Shown here: positions 1 through 9,459 of the stretch, piece after piece
Layout: every line of letters begins with the position of its first letter
How positions within the stretch are numbered: position 1 is the stretch's first letter
NCBI GenBank assembly: GCA_964433475.1
Contig: CAYSRP010000001.1
Coordinates: 1-43,096, forward strand
Source: an uncultured Methanomicrobiales archaeon
Lineage (GTDB): Archaea > Halobacteriota > Methanomicrobia > Methanomicrobiales > Methanocorpusculaceae
Direction: 5' to 3'
Length of the DNA stretch: 43,096 bases
Notes under the pieces: generated by a model
What the model was told of the DNA's origin: nothing
The model's input: the letters and a program-made list of their open reading frames with translations, nothing else
Database searches by the model: none
Translations under genes and position numbers: made by a program

Positions 1-52
1 CCCGAGTTTAGGCGTTGGCAACGCCTAGTGATAACCACTACACTATCGATGC
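1..52 (-). tRNA. tRNA-Gly(GCC), 3' part truncated by window edge
   Basis: Reverse complement reads GCATCGATAGTGTAGTGGTTATCACTAGGCGTTGCCAACGCCTAAACTCGGG: D-arm with AGTGG, anticodon stem AGGCG/CGCCT around loop TT-GCC-AA, start of T-arm. Confidence 0.93.
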
Positions 53-149
53 TTGAAAGACCAAATCCGAAGGATCTGACCGGCACACACAGTCAAAGAC
101 TATTACATAAGTGCCCTATTCTCTTAGATAAAGTTACATAAAAAGATTT

Positions 150-1070
150 CTACCAGATCATCCAGCTCCATGCCCCTGCGATCAGGCAGCATAGGAAGAA
201 ACCAATGATGGCACATCCATTGATAAGGGGAAGACCTGGCTGGGGTTTTCCGGTATTTACAGGGATCATCAAGAGCATAAGACCTATGATACCGCCGATA
301 ATTGTACCTAAAGCGGGTAAAGAGAGTCCTAATATTGACAAAACACCCTCTCCGCCTGCATATACCTGAGCAGATACTACAAGGATCGCCGGCATGATCA
401 TATCACCCATACCGATCATATACGCGCCACGATCGCTGGTCGTATTCAGCATATTAAATCCGCTTTTTCTATAGGAGTAACTTTTCGTTTTCGGAATAAG
501 AAACATTATCGGCATCTTCTGACGAAGGACCCCGTCTGCCAGCGTAAGCATATGTTTTGACCGTTTGACCGCAACAAAATCATAGATCATCAGGAGAATG
601 AGAAGGATGAGTACCGGAAAAATCGAAAGTGACACGCCGAAGATCGCTGCACAGCCTGCTGAGATAATAACTCCGGCAATATCGATGATATACCATTCGG
701 GATGGATCCAGAGCAGGACTATTACGCCGATCCCGCAGATTACACCGATCACATCTGCCCAGATCCCGATCTCAAACGAATAAAGAAGCGCTATCACCAC
801 ATAGTAGATCACCCATGCAAGACACAGGGCAATTATGACGCTGATAACGTTCTGCGCCTTCCATTTAATCAGGATTAGTAAAATGGCGGTGAATACCAGC
901 ATGATGAAGATGAATGCAAAGGCGTTCAGAACTGAATCTGGATCCTCAAATGCGCCCAGTCCTACATTCGTTACCGGACCGATTAAGAAAATGGAAAGCA
1001 GGCTTGTAACTGCCATCATAAGAATCATTCCGGCATATGGTAGGATTGAACGGGATTTTTGTTCGCTCAT
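150..1070 (-). CDS. Presenilin-family intramembrane aspartyl protease (PSH, GxGD type)
   Basis: Multi-pass hydrophobic protein with catalytic YD (IYDFVAV), GMGD and C-terminal PGLP motifs. Confidence 0.93.
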   Translation of the reverse strand: MSEQKSRSILPYAGMILMMAVTSLLSIFLIGPVTNVGLGAFEDPDSVLNAFAFIFIMLVFTAILLILIKWKAQNVISVIIALCLAWVIYYVVIALLYSFEIGIWADVIGVICGIGVIVLLWIHPEWYIIDIAGVIISAGCAAIFGVSLSIFPVLILLILLMIYDFVAVKRSKHMLTLADGVLRQKMPIMFLIPKTKSYSYRKSGFNMLNTTSDRGAYMIGMGDMIMPAILVVSAQVYAGGEGVLSILGLSLPALGTIIGGIIGLMLLMIPVNTGKPQPGLPLINGCAIIGFFLCCLIAGAWSWMIW

Positions 1071-1110
1071 ATATAGTTAATTTAATATTAACCCTCACCT
1101 TAGTTAAACT

Positions 1111-1425
1111 ATGAATGTTCGCGACATCATTCCGGAGATACTTCTTATTGTTTTAATGATAGTATCTGCACTTGTGGTTGTTAGCAGATTATGGCAGGAT
1201 GCCATCATTTCAATTGGGATTCTGCTTTTGATTCTTGCTTTCGGCGGGCTTATCCTGCAGTTGTTATTTCGTCTCCGCCGGTTGGAAGAGCAATCCATGC
1301 AGCGTGAGCGCATTCTCAGAGGGAATCTGGAAGATCTTGGCAGACAGCTCATCGCAAAACAGGATAAGACGTCAGAGACCATCATTGAAACCGTTGATAG
1401 TATCAAAATGCGGATGTACCGCTAG
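1111..1425 (+). CDS. Small hypothetical membrane protein (2 TM helices + coiled-coil tail)
   Basis: ATG start, two hydrophobic segments then a charged helical tail; its stop directly abuts the fen ATG. Confidence 0.75.
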   Translation: MNVRDIIPEILLIVLMIVSALVVVSRLWQDAIISIGILLLILAFGGLILQLLFRLRRLEEQSMQRERILRGNLEDLGRQLIAKQDKTSETIIETVDSIKMRMYR

Positions 1426-2430
1426 ATGGGTGTAGCCCTAAGACCGCTGCTTGCGGATTATAAGGAGTCGCCCGGGTGGGATGGTCTCGGCGGTATTGCC
1501 GCGATCGATGCATTCAATGCACTTTATCAGTTCCTTTCCGGGATACGTCAGTCTGACGGTGCCCCGCTCATGGATGATAAAGGAAGGATCACTTCCCATC
1601 TGAACGGTCTTTTGTTCAGGACAGCGAATCTGGTCGAAAAAAATATCACCCCCATATATATTTTTGACGGGAAGCCGCCGGAATTTAAGGCTAAGACTCT
1701 GGCGAAGCGTCGAGAGATCCGCGCAAATGCAAAAGATTCATGGGAGAATGCGCTGAAAGAAGGAGATAACGAGAGTGCCAGAAAATATGCGATGGCCTCC
1801 TCGAAAGTTGATGCATACATCATAGATTCAGCAAAAGAACTTCTCTCCGCACTTGGCATATCCTGGATTCAGGCGCCGGAAGAAGGAGAAGCACAGTCTT
1901 CGTATATGGCGCGGAACGGAGATGTTACGTATGCCGTGTCCCAGGATTATGACTCGCTTCTTTTTGGCGCTCCCGACCTTGTTCGAAATGTTACCATATC
2001 CGGAAAGAAAAAGATCCGCGGCAAAGTAATTTCCATCACACCTGAACGTCTCAAACTGGATACAATCCTTACAGGAATGTCAATCACGCAGGAGGAACTG
2101 ATTCAGATCGCTCTCCTTATCGGGACAGATTATAACAGCGGTGTATCAGGAGTCGGACCAAAGACAGCAGTCAAAATAGTATCTGAGGGAAAGTTCTATG
2201 AAAGAATCGGAGAGTCGGTAAATGCAGCAGAACCGAATGTGCTGATACAGTATTTCCTGAATCCTCCGATCAATACAGCCTATACTATTTCCAGTCGGTC
2301 TCCCGATCAGGATAAAGTTATGGAAATTTTATGTGAGGAACACGGTTTTTCTCCTGATCGTGTTGAGTCAGGACTTGAGCGGCTCGGTGCGAAAAAAGGT
2401 CAGTCCACGCTTGACTCGTGGTTTGGCTAA
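1426..2430 (+). CDS. fen: Flap endonuclease 1
   Basis: MGV start, [46 protein letters not shown]3TH motif and C-terminal PIP box QSTLDSWF. Confidence 0.97.
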   Translation: MGVALRPLLADYKESPGWDGLGGIAAIDAFNALYQFLSGIRQSDGAPLMDDKGRITSHLNGLLFRTANLVEKNITPIYIFDGKPPEFKAKTLAKRREIRANAKDSWENALKEGDNESARKYAMASSKVDAYIIDSAKELLSALGISWIQAPEEGEAQSSYMARNGDVTYAVSQDYDSLLFGAPDLVRNVTISGKKKIRGKVISITPERLKLDTILTGMSITQEELIQIALLIGTDYNSGVSGVGPKTAVKIVSEGKFYERIGESVNAAEPNVLIQYFLNPPINTAYTISSRSPDQDKVMEILCEEHGFSPDRVESGLERLGAKKGQSTLDSWFG

Positions 2431-2445
2431 AAAAGTATTTTTTAA

Positions 2446-3117
2446 TTATTTTCTTCCGCCGACTATGACGACGGTTTTTTCCGTCATCTTTGCAAAGATG
2501 CCATTTTCGAGAACGCCCGGGATCTCATTGATTGCTGATTCCAGCGCGGCTGGATTTTCCACTTTGCCGAATGTACAGTCAAAAATGTAGTTCCCGTTAT
2601 CAGAAATAACCGGACCATCCTTCTTTACCCCGTTCCGCATGACGGGGTCACCACCAAGTTTCTTCAGTTTCTTACAGACACTTCCGTAGGCAAAAGGCAG
2701 GATCTCGATTGGGACTGCTGCATCCAGTTCGGGGACCTCCTTTGCTGAATCAATGACCACAACAAACTGCTTTGCGGAACCTGCAACGATTTTCTCTCTC
2801 AGGTGAGCAGCCCCTCTTCCTTTGATCATCTGTTTTGCGGGAGTTACCTGATCCGCCCCATCAATGGCTAGGTCAAGAACAGGATGAAGGGAAAGTGTCG
2901 TCAGCGGGATCCCGTACTCCTCAGCACGCATTGCCGTCTGGTTGGAAGTTGGAACACCCAGAATATTCAGACCTTCTGATTTTATTCGTTCAGCGAGATG
3001 TTCCATTGCGAAAAAAACTGTAGAGCCCGTTCCAAGTCCGACAATCATACCATCCTTTATCATATCTGCCGCGCGGTAACCGGCATCCTTTTTTGCTTCA
3101 ACTACAGTATCGCTCAT
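2446..3117 (-). CDS. rpiA: Ribose-5-phosphate isomerase A
   Basis: GLGTGST, DGADQ, IKGRG and REK motifs; ATG at 3117 preferred over GTG at 3123. Confidence 0.96.
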   Translation of the reverse strand: MSDTVVEAKKDAGYRAADMIKDGMIVGLGTGSTVFFAMEHLAERIKSEGLNILGVPTSNQTAMRAEEYGIPLTTLSLHPVLDLAIDGADQVTPAKQMIKGRGAAHLREKIVAGSAKQFVVVIDSAKEVPELDAAVPIEILPFAYGSVCKKLKKLGGDPVMRNGVKKDGPVISDNGNYIFDCTFGKVENPAALESAINEIPGVLENGIFAKMTEKTVVIVGGRK

Positions 3118-3204
3118 GAACACAAATACGTGTGATATCCTAATAATGACTTTGGATAAGCATTCAGATGATGAATTTATAAAGAAAAAACCTTCATACT
3201 ATTT

Positions 3205-4659
3205 ATGCAAGATAATCTTCCGTCGGGAAAGACTCTGATACTTATACTAATTGCGGCCTCTTTTGCCTCTTTCATGTCATCCCTTGACGGGACTATCGTA
3301 AATATTGCTCTCCCAAGTATTGCAGAAGCATTTGACCTGACAACTTCTTCGGTTGCCTGGGTCAGTACCATATACTTCCTCGTCATCGCGGGATCGCTGC
3401 TCATTGTCGGCAAACTCACTGACCTCCTCGGACTTAAAAAAATATTCCTCGTAGGATTTTCTGTTTTCGTTATAGGTTCGTTCTCCTGTGGATTTTTCCC
3501 GGATCTATTAGGTTCGTTTGAGATATTGCTCGTTGCCAGAATAATACAGGCACTCGGTGGGGTTTTGATGATGGTCGTTGCACCGGCAATGTTATCAACC
3601 TTCATGCCGGGGGACAGACGTGCAAAAGGTATGTCTCTTGTCATTCTCTTTGCAGGTATCGGAATGGCTCTCGGCCCGACGCTTGGAGGTTTCCTTACCG
3701 AATATCTTTCCTGGCACTGGATCTTCTTTATTAATGTCCCAGTCGGCATCATAGCCATCATTATTGGACTTTTCGTGATTCCGGGCAACAAACCGGATGG
3801 CGATTCCCTGAAGGGATTTGACATACCGGGCGCAATCCTTGTTTTCGTCGGACTTGCGGCACTTCTCTTTACCATTTCAGAAGGATTTACTCTTGGCTGG
3901 TCCTCTCTTCCAATCATCATATCAATAATTCTTGCTATTTTTGGCCTTGGCGGATTTGTCTGGAGAGAACTTCATTATGACAAACCATTGATCGATTTCG
4001 GTCTCTTCAGGAGCCGGTCATTTGTGATTCTGAATGTCATTCTCGCACTTCTGTATTTTACCTTTGGAGGAGCAAATTATCTGCTTCCATTTTATCTAGA
4101 GTATGTACAAGGTATCTCGACCGGAAATGCCGGGCTTATCCTTACTGCTCTTTCTTTTGGAATGATGATTACCGGTGTGATCTCCGGGCTGATCTATGCA
4201 AAACTGGTTGGGAAAATCAAGTATCTGGTAATGGGTGGAGTAGTTCTTATTGGCATAGGGTATTTTCTTCTTTCACACCTTAGTCCAGTTACGGGACTTG
4301 GTGTTATCATAACGGCCCTTACGTTGATTGGTCTTGGTCTTGGACTTACCTCGACACCTCTGACGACTTTGATCATGGGGGCAGTATCTGCCTCTAAACA
4401 GGGTATGATTTCGAGTATCACCGGTCTTGAACGGTTTGCCCCGATGACGATCGGTGTTGCGGTTTACAATCTGTTTCTGATTATCGGCGTTGTGACTGGG
4501 GTGAAACACTCAGGTATTACTGAAATTCCTGCTTCAAATATTGCGAAAGAAATTCTCTCCCTAGGATTTGACATGGCATTTGTGGTCTCGGTTGTACTTG
4601 CGATTGTGACCCTCATTCTTTGCATTTTCATCAAAGAGGAAAAAGCACCTCTTGAATAA
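3205..4659 (+). CDS. MFS transporter, DHA2 (EmrB/QacA, 14-TM) drug/metabolite efflux family
   Basis: LDGTIVNIALPSI, motif A (GKLTDLLGLKK), GPTLGG and WHWIFFINVPVG signatures. Confidence 0.92.
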   Translation: MQDNLPSGKTLILILIAASFASFMSSLDGTIVNIALPSIAEAFDLTTSSVAWVSTIYFLVIAGSLLIVGKLTDLLGLKKIFLVGFSVFVIGSFSCGFFPDLLGSFEILLVARIIQALGGVLMMVVAPAMLSTFMPGDRRAKGMSLVILFAGIGMALGPTLGGFLTEYLSWHWIFFINVPVGIIAIIIGLFVIPGNKPDGDSLKGFDIPGAILVFVGLAALLFTISEGFTLGWSSLPIIISIILAIFGLGGFVWRELHYDKPLIDFGLFRSRSFVILNVILALLYFTFGGANYLLPFYLEYVQGISTGNAGLILTALSFGMMITGVISGLIYAKLVGKIKYLVMGGVVLIGIGYFLLSHLSPVTGLGVIITALTLIGLGLGLTSTPLTTLIMGAVSASKQGMISSITGLERFAPMTIGVAVYNLFLIIGVVTGVKHSGITEIPASNIAKEILSLGFDMAFVVSVVLAIVTLILCIFIKEEKAPLE

Positions 4660-4915
4660 TTCTTTTTTATGTCACACATATTGACAGGATCCATGAAAAT
4701 GCATGGAGAGTGGCGAGGGACCCATAGGTGAATGAGTTGTATTCCGGCAAAGTTCCGGATCGTTTTTCTTAGAATGCTGGATATCCTTCGCATTAAATGA
4801 TCAAAGGCGAGAAAGGCAAAAAAGATCGGGGCAATGAAAACAACAGAATTATCCTCTACAATTACTTTTAAATGAAGAAATGATAATGTAATTAGTAACC
4901 TGAAGAGGTAAAATT

Positions 4916-5341
4916 ATGAAATACACTGTTGTATATTTTTCAAGAACCGGAAACAGCCGGCGGATCGCAGAGAAAATCGCACAAAAATTATCTACAGAAG
5001 CTATTGAGATTACTGATAATATGAACTGGGATGGTTTGCTGGGATATGCCAGAGCGGGACAATACGCTTTGAAAAATAAAGACGTCACCATCACAATCCA
5101 CGGAAACATTGATGGCGCTGATGAACTTATCGTGATTTCCCCCTTATGGTGCGGAAAAATAACCCCTGCTGTCAGAAAACTTCTGCAGACACTTCCCCAA
5201 AGCAAAGTCCATCTGGTTATTTCCTCTGGCGGAAGCTTGCTTAAGGAGAGAGCAGGATATGAATCTGTTCTGGATATTGTCAAGAAAGAAAATAATGAAG
5301 ATGAAAAAATAGATGCCTTTGTTAAAGGTCTGTCTCAGTAA
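4916..5341 (+). CDS. Flavodoxin-family protein
   Basis: FMN-binding loop YFSRTGNS near the N-terminus; SPLW motif. Confidence 0.8.
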   Translation: MKYTVVYFSRTGNSRRIAEKIAQKLSTEAIEITDNMNWDGLLGYARAGQYALKNKDVTITIHGNIDGADELIVISPLWCGKITPAVRKLLQTLPQSKVHLVISSGGSLLKERAGYESVLDIVKKENNEDEKIDAFVKGLSQ

Positions 5342-5362
5342 TTCCCCTTTTTTTCACCGACA

Positions 5363-6172
5363 TTAACCCGCAAAAAGCATTTTCACAGCAATAATGATCA
5401 TTAAAACGAAAAATATCCGGCGGAGCCACACATCCGAAACACGCCCGCAGACTCTGACTGCAAGTAACACCATCGGGATCGCTGTCAAAACGAGGATCAC
5501 CCACATGAAAATATCAATATATCCTACCAGATAAAATCCGTAAGCTGACAGATCCACTCCTGCGGATAATCCGTTCACCAAATATGAGAGGATTCCCCCA
5601 AGAGTAATAAATATAATTGCCGCAGCAGAAGTTGCCGTGGCTTTTTTCATCGTGAATTTTCCAAGAAGGACCATCATTGGAACAAGTATCGTTCCGCCGC
5701 CGACGCCTAAAAGTCCCGACATAAAACCGGTTACTCCGCCGATGCTTCCTGCAAGCGGCGCGGCCATTTTTTCTCCCTCACCTGAAGGGAGAGATGTAAC
5801 CAGGCGGATCGCGCCGATCACGAGCATTATGCCAAACAAAATCGTGAGAACTCTTACCGGAAGATAGGTGGCGACCGTCCCTCCGATAAAACCGGTAACC
5901 GTACCGCATAATCCCATAATAATCGCATCCCGCCAGATCACATTGCCCTTTCTCGAGTGACCAATAGCACTCGTGAGTACTGTTGGAAATGCCGCAGCGA
6001 GACTCGTACCGAAAGCTACCAATATAGCTATCTCGTCTGGGACACCGGACTTCTGCAGAACAAAATACATTACCGGCGCAAATATAAATCCGCCGCCGAC
6101 TCCCAGAAGTCCTGACATAAATCCGGCAAGAAGACCGCATCCAATCAGGATACAAATCAAAATTAATTCCAT
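5363..6172 (-). CDS. TauE/SafE (TSUP) family sulfite/anion exporter
   Basis: Two internal repeats of G.MSGLLGVGGG...P plus GTSL/ATSA motifs; about 8 TM helices. Confidence 0.92.
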   Translation of the reverse strand: MELILICILIGCGLLAGFMSGLLGVGGGFIFAPVMYFVLQKSGVPDEIAILVAFGTSLAAAFPTVLTSAIGHSRKGNVIWRDAIIMGLCGTVTGFIGGTVATYLPVRVLTILFGIMLVIGAIRLVTSLPSGEGEKMAAPLAGSIGGVTGFMSGLLGVGGGTILVPMMVLLGKFTMKKATATSAAAIIFITLGGILSYLVNGLSAGVDLSAYGFYLVGYIDIFMWVILVLTAIPMVLLAVRVCGRVSDVWLRRIFFVLMIIIAVKMLFAG

Positions 6173-6176
6173 AGTA

Positions 6177-7280
6177 TCAGGGTATTATCTCACAGCCGTT
6201 GTATCTCGTATGGGAAAATGCATCCATTGAGAGCGTTCCCTCATCAAGCATTTTTTGAATACGCGGCAGGTTCTCTATCAAAGCATCGTGTAAATTACGG
6301 ATCGTATCGCAAACGAGTTGGTATTCATCGCGCCATGGTCTGACAATGTTTGAATAGAGACACCTCCCTCCGCAGAATCCATAAATGTCGCAGGAAAGAC
6401 AAGGTTCCCCGATAGGAATCTCGGGAAGATGCGCAGGGTCGGCATCTTTTATGTGCCCTGCATAATAATCCGCCATCCCTACCATGATTGGACAGGGAGC
6501 GATCCAGCCATTTGTCATAATACTGTAATTTGCATAACCCGATCCGCAGCGGAGTTTAGACGAACGTCCAAGCAGGAGGTCCTCCGTTGTTGAAAGAAAC
6601 GGATACCATTTTGGAACGGCACCGGTTCTTTCGATTCTCGAAACCCATTCGGAAACAAGTTTTCGTATTCCGGCATTATACTCCTTACTCCACACGGCAA
6701 ATCTGCGGTGGGAAAAATCACCGGTGAAATCCGCATCCATCTGCCAGTGAATAGAAGTGAAATAGTTTGCCAGATGTGTTACCGCAGAAAAAATATCTGT
6801 ATCTTCTGCGATGGTCATTCGGGCTATAAGTTCACCGTTGTATCCATTTTTACGGATGGTCTGGGCTGTGGAAATGACCATATCATAAATTCCTTCTCCA
6901 CGGTGCTTATCAGTGAGATCTTTATTTCCATCGATGGAAATAAGGATCGTTTCGAACTGGTTTGTATACTCCGTCGGAAGTTTTGCAAGGAGTGTTCCAT
7001 TTGTCTGGAGCATGAACCGTTTTATCGGTGCATAGTCCATGATCTCTATTATTTTATCTATACGGAGAAGCGGTTCTCCCCCGATGAACGTGAGGACAGC
7101 ATCCTTGTCTTTTTCGAGAAAAGTATAGAGATCGGCTAGCGGAAAATTCAGATTCTCGCAGATCGTTTCATCGATCGTTCCGGGAGAATGCCCTGCCGGA
7201 TCCTCCTCCTCAAACATCTTCGCTCTACAGTATGAACAACAGAGATTACAGTCATCAGTTACGATAAGATGAAAAAACAT
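6177..7280 (-). CDS. Radical SAM/SPASM domain protein (resembles archaeal AF0577/TIGR04084 family)
   Basis: CNLCCSYC radical SAM motif, GGEPL, QTNG; SPASM cysteines CGSG...PCP...CLSCDIYGFCGGRC; ends with GCEIIP. Confidence 0.88.
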   Translation of the reverse strand: MFFHLIVTDDCNLCCSYCRAKMFEEEDPAGHSPGTIDETICENLNFPLADLYTFLEKDKDAVLTFIGGEPLLRIDKIIEIMDYAPIKRFMLQTNGTLLAKLPTEYTNQFETILISIDGNKDLTDKHRGEGIYDMVISTAQTIRKNGYNGELIARMTIAEDTDIFSAVTHLANYFTSIHWQMDADFTGDFSHRRFAVWSKEYNAGIRKLVSEWVSRIERTGAVPKWYPFLSTTEDLLLGRSSKLRCGSGYANYSIMTNGWIAPCPIMVGMADYYAGHIKDADPAHLPEIPIGEPCLSCDIYGFCGGRCLYSNIVRPWRDEYQLVCDTIRNLHDALIENLPRIQKMLDEGTLSMDAFSHTRYNGCEIIP

Positions 7281-7284
7281 AGGA

Positions 7285-8463
7285 TTAGTTAATGGTTAGA
7301 CCGTTTGTCTCGGCAATTTCGAGATACGTGTCTGCAACATATTCAGCCTGCTTTCTGGTCATGCCGTAGGTGTTGATTTTCCAGACCTTTGTTGCACCCG
7401 GAATAATTCCGGTGATACCTTTTTTGCTGAGTGCACTTGAAAGGAAAAAGCCCCGCTTCTTGTGTGTCTGCGCGACAAGATCGAACGAACCGGTCGTATC
7501 GACCCGCGTGAGCGTGTGTTTCCTCGGATACTCGGAAAGGATCTTCGTTCCGTCTATGGAAAGAAGAGCATCCACGATGATTTTACTGTTGGCAAGTTCC
7601 TCGTCGAAGTGGTTGACACGTTCTTTCACGGCAGGGAATGATGCCAGGAGTCCGACGATCGGGGCGCCCATCAGTGAACAACCGAGAATGCCTACTTCTT
7701 TGATACCGAATTTCCGTCCGGAAATGTCTCCCTCCATCTGGGTCGTGCGGAAAACTTCTTCGGCACGCTCTTCTGTTGCGGCAAGAATTCCTGAAGGGGC
7801 AGGTGCGGCCATACTTTTGTGACCCGAGCCGACAATGAAATCCACCCCGAGCTCTTTCCCATTTACCGGCATGATCCCAACGGTGTAAACCCCATTGTAG
7901 AGGACCGGCACATCATATTGATGAGCAACTTTTACGATCCCTTTCACATCATGCATGTTCCCGAACTGGTAATCCACATGGTCAATGTAAAGTAGTTTTG
8001 GGGCAGTTCCAAACTCACGGATAACATCCTCGATCCTGTTCGCAGTGTCCTCTGCAGTAATATGATTGTCAGCCGTCTTTGGGATCTCACGAACGACGCC
8101 TTTCTGAAGTTCGACAGACAAATAGGAAGTATAGTGTGCAAGTGCCCCAATCAAGACCGGATCCCCTTTTTCCACATAGGTTCCGGCGACCTGCTGGAAT
8201 CCGCGCCGTGCTCCGGGAACCGTTCGGGCCTGTGCCATGCCAAGCCACTCGGCAACATCTACATGAAAGTCTTTCAGAGGAGGCTTTTCAATATAATCCA
8301 GGCGGAACGGTTTCCGGCAGTTATCGCAGACTGAGTAACCATCTCCCCAGGCAATCATCGCCTTCATTGCCTCCGGTGTCAGACGGCCTCCCACCTGAAT
8401 TGGATCAAGATTGATGGATGTTTCATCGACCATCCTGGCCTCTATGTTATCACAGCATTTCAT
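7285..8463 (-). CDS. pscS: O-phosphoseryl-tRNA:Cys-tRNA synthase (SepCysS)
   Basis: NLDPIQVGGRLT, GDGYSVCDNC, PGARRG, PLP lysine motif GSGHKS, LGCSL. Confidence 0.96.
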   Translation of the reverse strand: MKCCDNIEARMVDETSINLDPIQVGGRLTPEAMKAMIAWGDGYSVCDNCRKPFRLDYIEKPPLKDFHVDVAEWLGMAQARTVPGARRGFQQVAGTYVEKGDPVLIGALAHYTSYLSVELQKGVVREIPKTADNHITAEDTANRIEDVIREFGTAPKLLYIDHVDYQFGNMHDVKGIVKVAHQYDVPVLYNGVYTVGIMPVNGKELGVDFIVGSGHKSMAAPAPSGILAATEERAEEVFRTTQMEGDISGRKFGIKEVGILGCSLMGAPIVGLLASFPAVKERVNHFDEELANSKIIVDALLSIDGTKILSEYPRKHTLTRVDTTGSFDLVAQTHKKRGFFLSSALSKKGITGIIPGATKVWKINTYGMTRKQAEYVADTYLEIAETNGLTIN

Positions 8464-8639
8464 AAGAGTTCCTCTTTCAGTATGGCAATCTGTTTTTCCA
8501 CCGATGCGAGAGCCTTGGTGGTTTTTGCCTTCTGGTCCTCGTCAAGAGAATGATCTGGAGCAGTGGTCCGGAGAATCACTCTTATATCTGTTAGGGAGAA
8601 CAATGCCTGAAAAACTGCATCTGCGGCTCGCTGTGACAT
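8460..8639 (-). CDS. 59-aa protein resembling the SepCysE N-terminal domain / SepCysSn, coupled to pscS (not in ORF track)
   Basis: Hand translation MSQRAADAVFQALFSLTDIRVILRTTAPDHSLDEDQKAKTTKALASVEKQIAILKEELL*; its TGA overlaps the pscS ATG (ATGA); helix-loop-helix pattern. Family call is from recollection of SepCysE-like peptides preceding pscS. Confidence 0.8.
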   Translation of the reverse strand: MSQRAADAVFQALFSLTDIRVILRTTAPDHSLDEDQKAKTTKALASVEKQIAILKEELL

Positions 8640-8678
8640 GATGCTATTAAGTCGACTCCTGGATAAAAGAAAATATCG

Positions 8679-9416
8679 TTAAAGGGTAACGAGACCAAAA
8701 AGCATCAGTACTCCGATAATGATCGGAACATGGATCAGATATATGATCAGCGTGTGACGCCCGATAAAACAAAGTGGAGAAAAGACACGCGGCATTGTGC
8801 CGAGTTTTGTTAAAATACCCTGTCTGATCCCCCCTTTATAGATGACCGAGCCAAGAGCAACCCCGAGAAGCATAACCCCAAACCATGGAATGAGCGGCTC
8901 GTAATCGAGTGTCGCAAATCCGTTATACATTATACCAAATGGAAGCAGGAATGCAGGTCCCCTGAGCATGGAAATGATTGGCGACAAAACAATACAGATC
9001 ATGCCGAATGCCAAGGATATGAACGGCTTTACTTTCATCACGACAAACGGGATGGCAAGGATCGTGGCGCATCCTATCAGATGAAGAATGCCGAAAACGA
9101 CTACTTCCTCCGGATAGACGAGCCAGGTAACCAGCGTTACTACGACCGCGAAACAGAGGATATAAATCCCCCGGAAAAATAATTTCTTTGCAGATTTGAC
9201 GGGACTGGTTTCCCGACCGACGGAAAGAACAAGGGATATTCCGGCGATCACTACAAATAAAAATGCGATCGGGGCCCCTGACATGACATACGGATCGAAC
9301 CAGGGAATCAGCCCTGTTCCAAAGAAATAGAGGCAGAAGAGGATATGATACATGATCATCAGAATAAGAGCAACACCGCGTGCAGCGTCTAATTCAAAAT
9401 ATCGTGATCCTTTCAT
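8679..9416 (-). CDS. DUF1624 / heparan-alpha-glucosaminide N-acetyltransferase-like membrane acyltransferase
   Basis: R..ELDAARGVALILMIMYH, FGILHLIG, DYEPLIPW and IGRHTLIIYLIH motifs; ATG at 9416 preferred because of the divergent gene. Confidence 0.87.
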   Translation of the reverse strand: MKGSRYFELDAARGVALILMIMYHILFCLYFFGTGLIPWFDPYVMSGAPIAFLFVVIAGISLVLSVGRETSPVKSAKKLFFRGIYILCFAVVVTLVTWLVYPEEVVVFGILHLIGCATILAIPFVVMKVKPFISLAFGMICIVLSPIISMLRGPAFLLPFGIMYNGFATLDYEPLIPWFGVMLLGVALGSVIYKGGIRQGILTKLGTMPRVFSPLCFIGRHTLIIYLIHVPIIIGVLMLFGLVTL

Positions 9417-9459
9417 TGGATTTATGTTGATGTGGATGTCATATCTATCCATCGGAAAA

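Noticed and set aside
1111-2430. In-frame TAG directly before the fen ATG, suggesting pyrrolysine/readthrough to a membrane-anchored Fen1
   Set aside because: Fen1 begins with its canonical MGV N-terminus, no pyl genes are seen in the window, and stop-start adjacency also occurs with TAA at 31066/31067; ordinary gene packing.
3069-3077. CCGCGCGGT resembling the radA box core
   Set aside because: Inside rpiA coding sequence (YRAA codons), without the GGCATTATC flank or downstream TATA.
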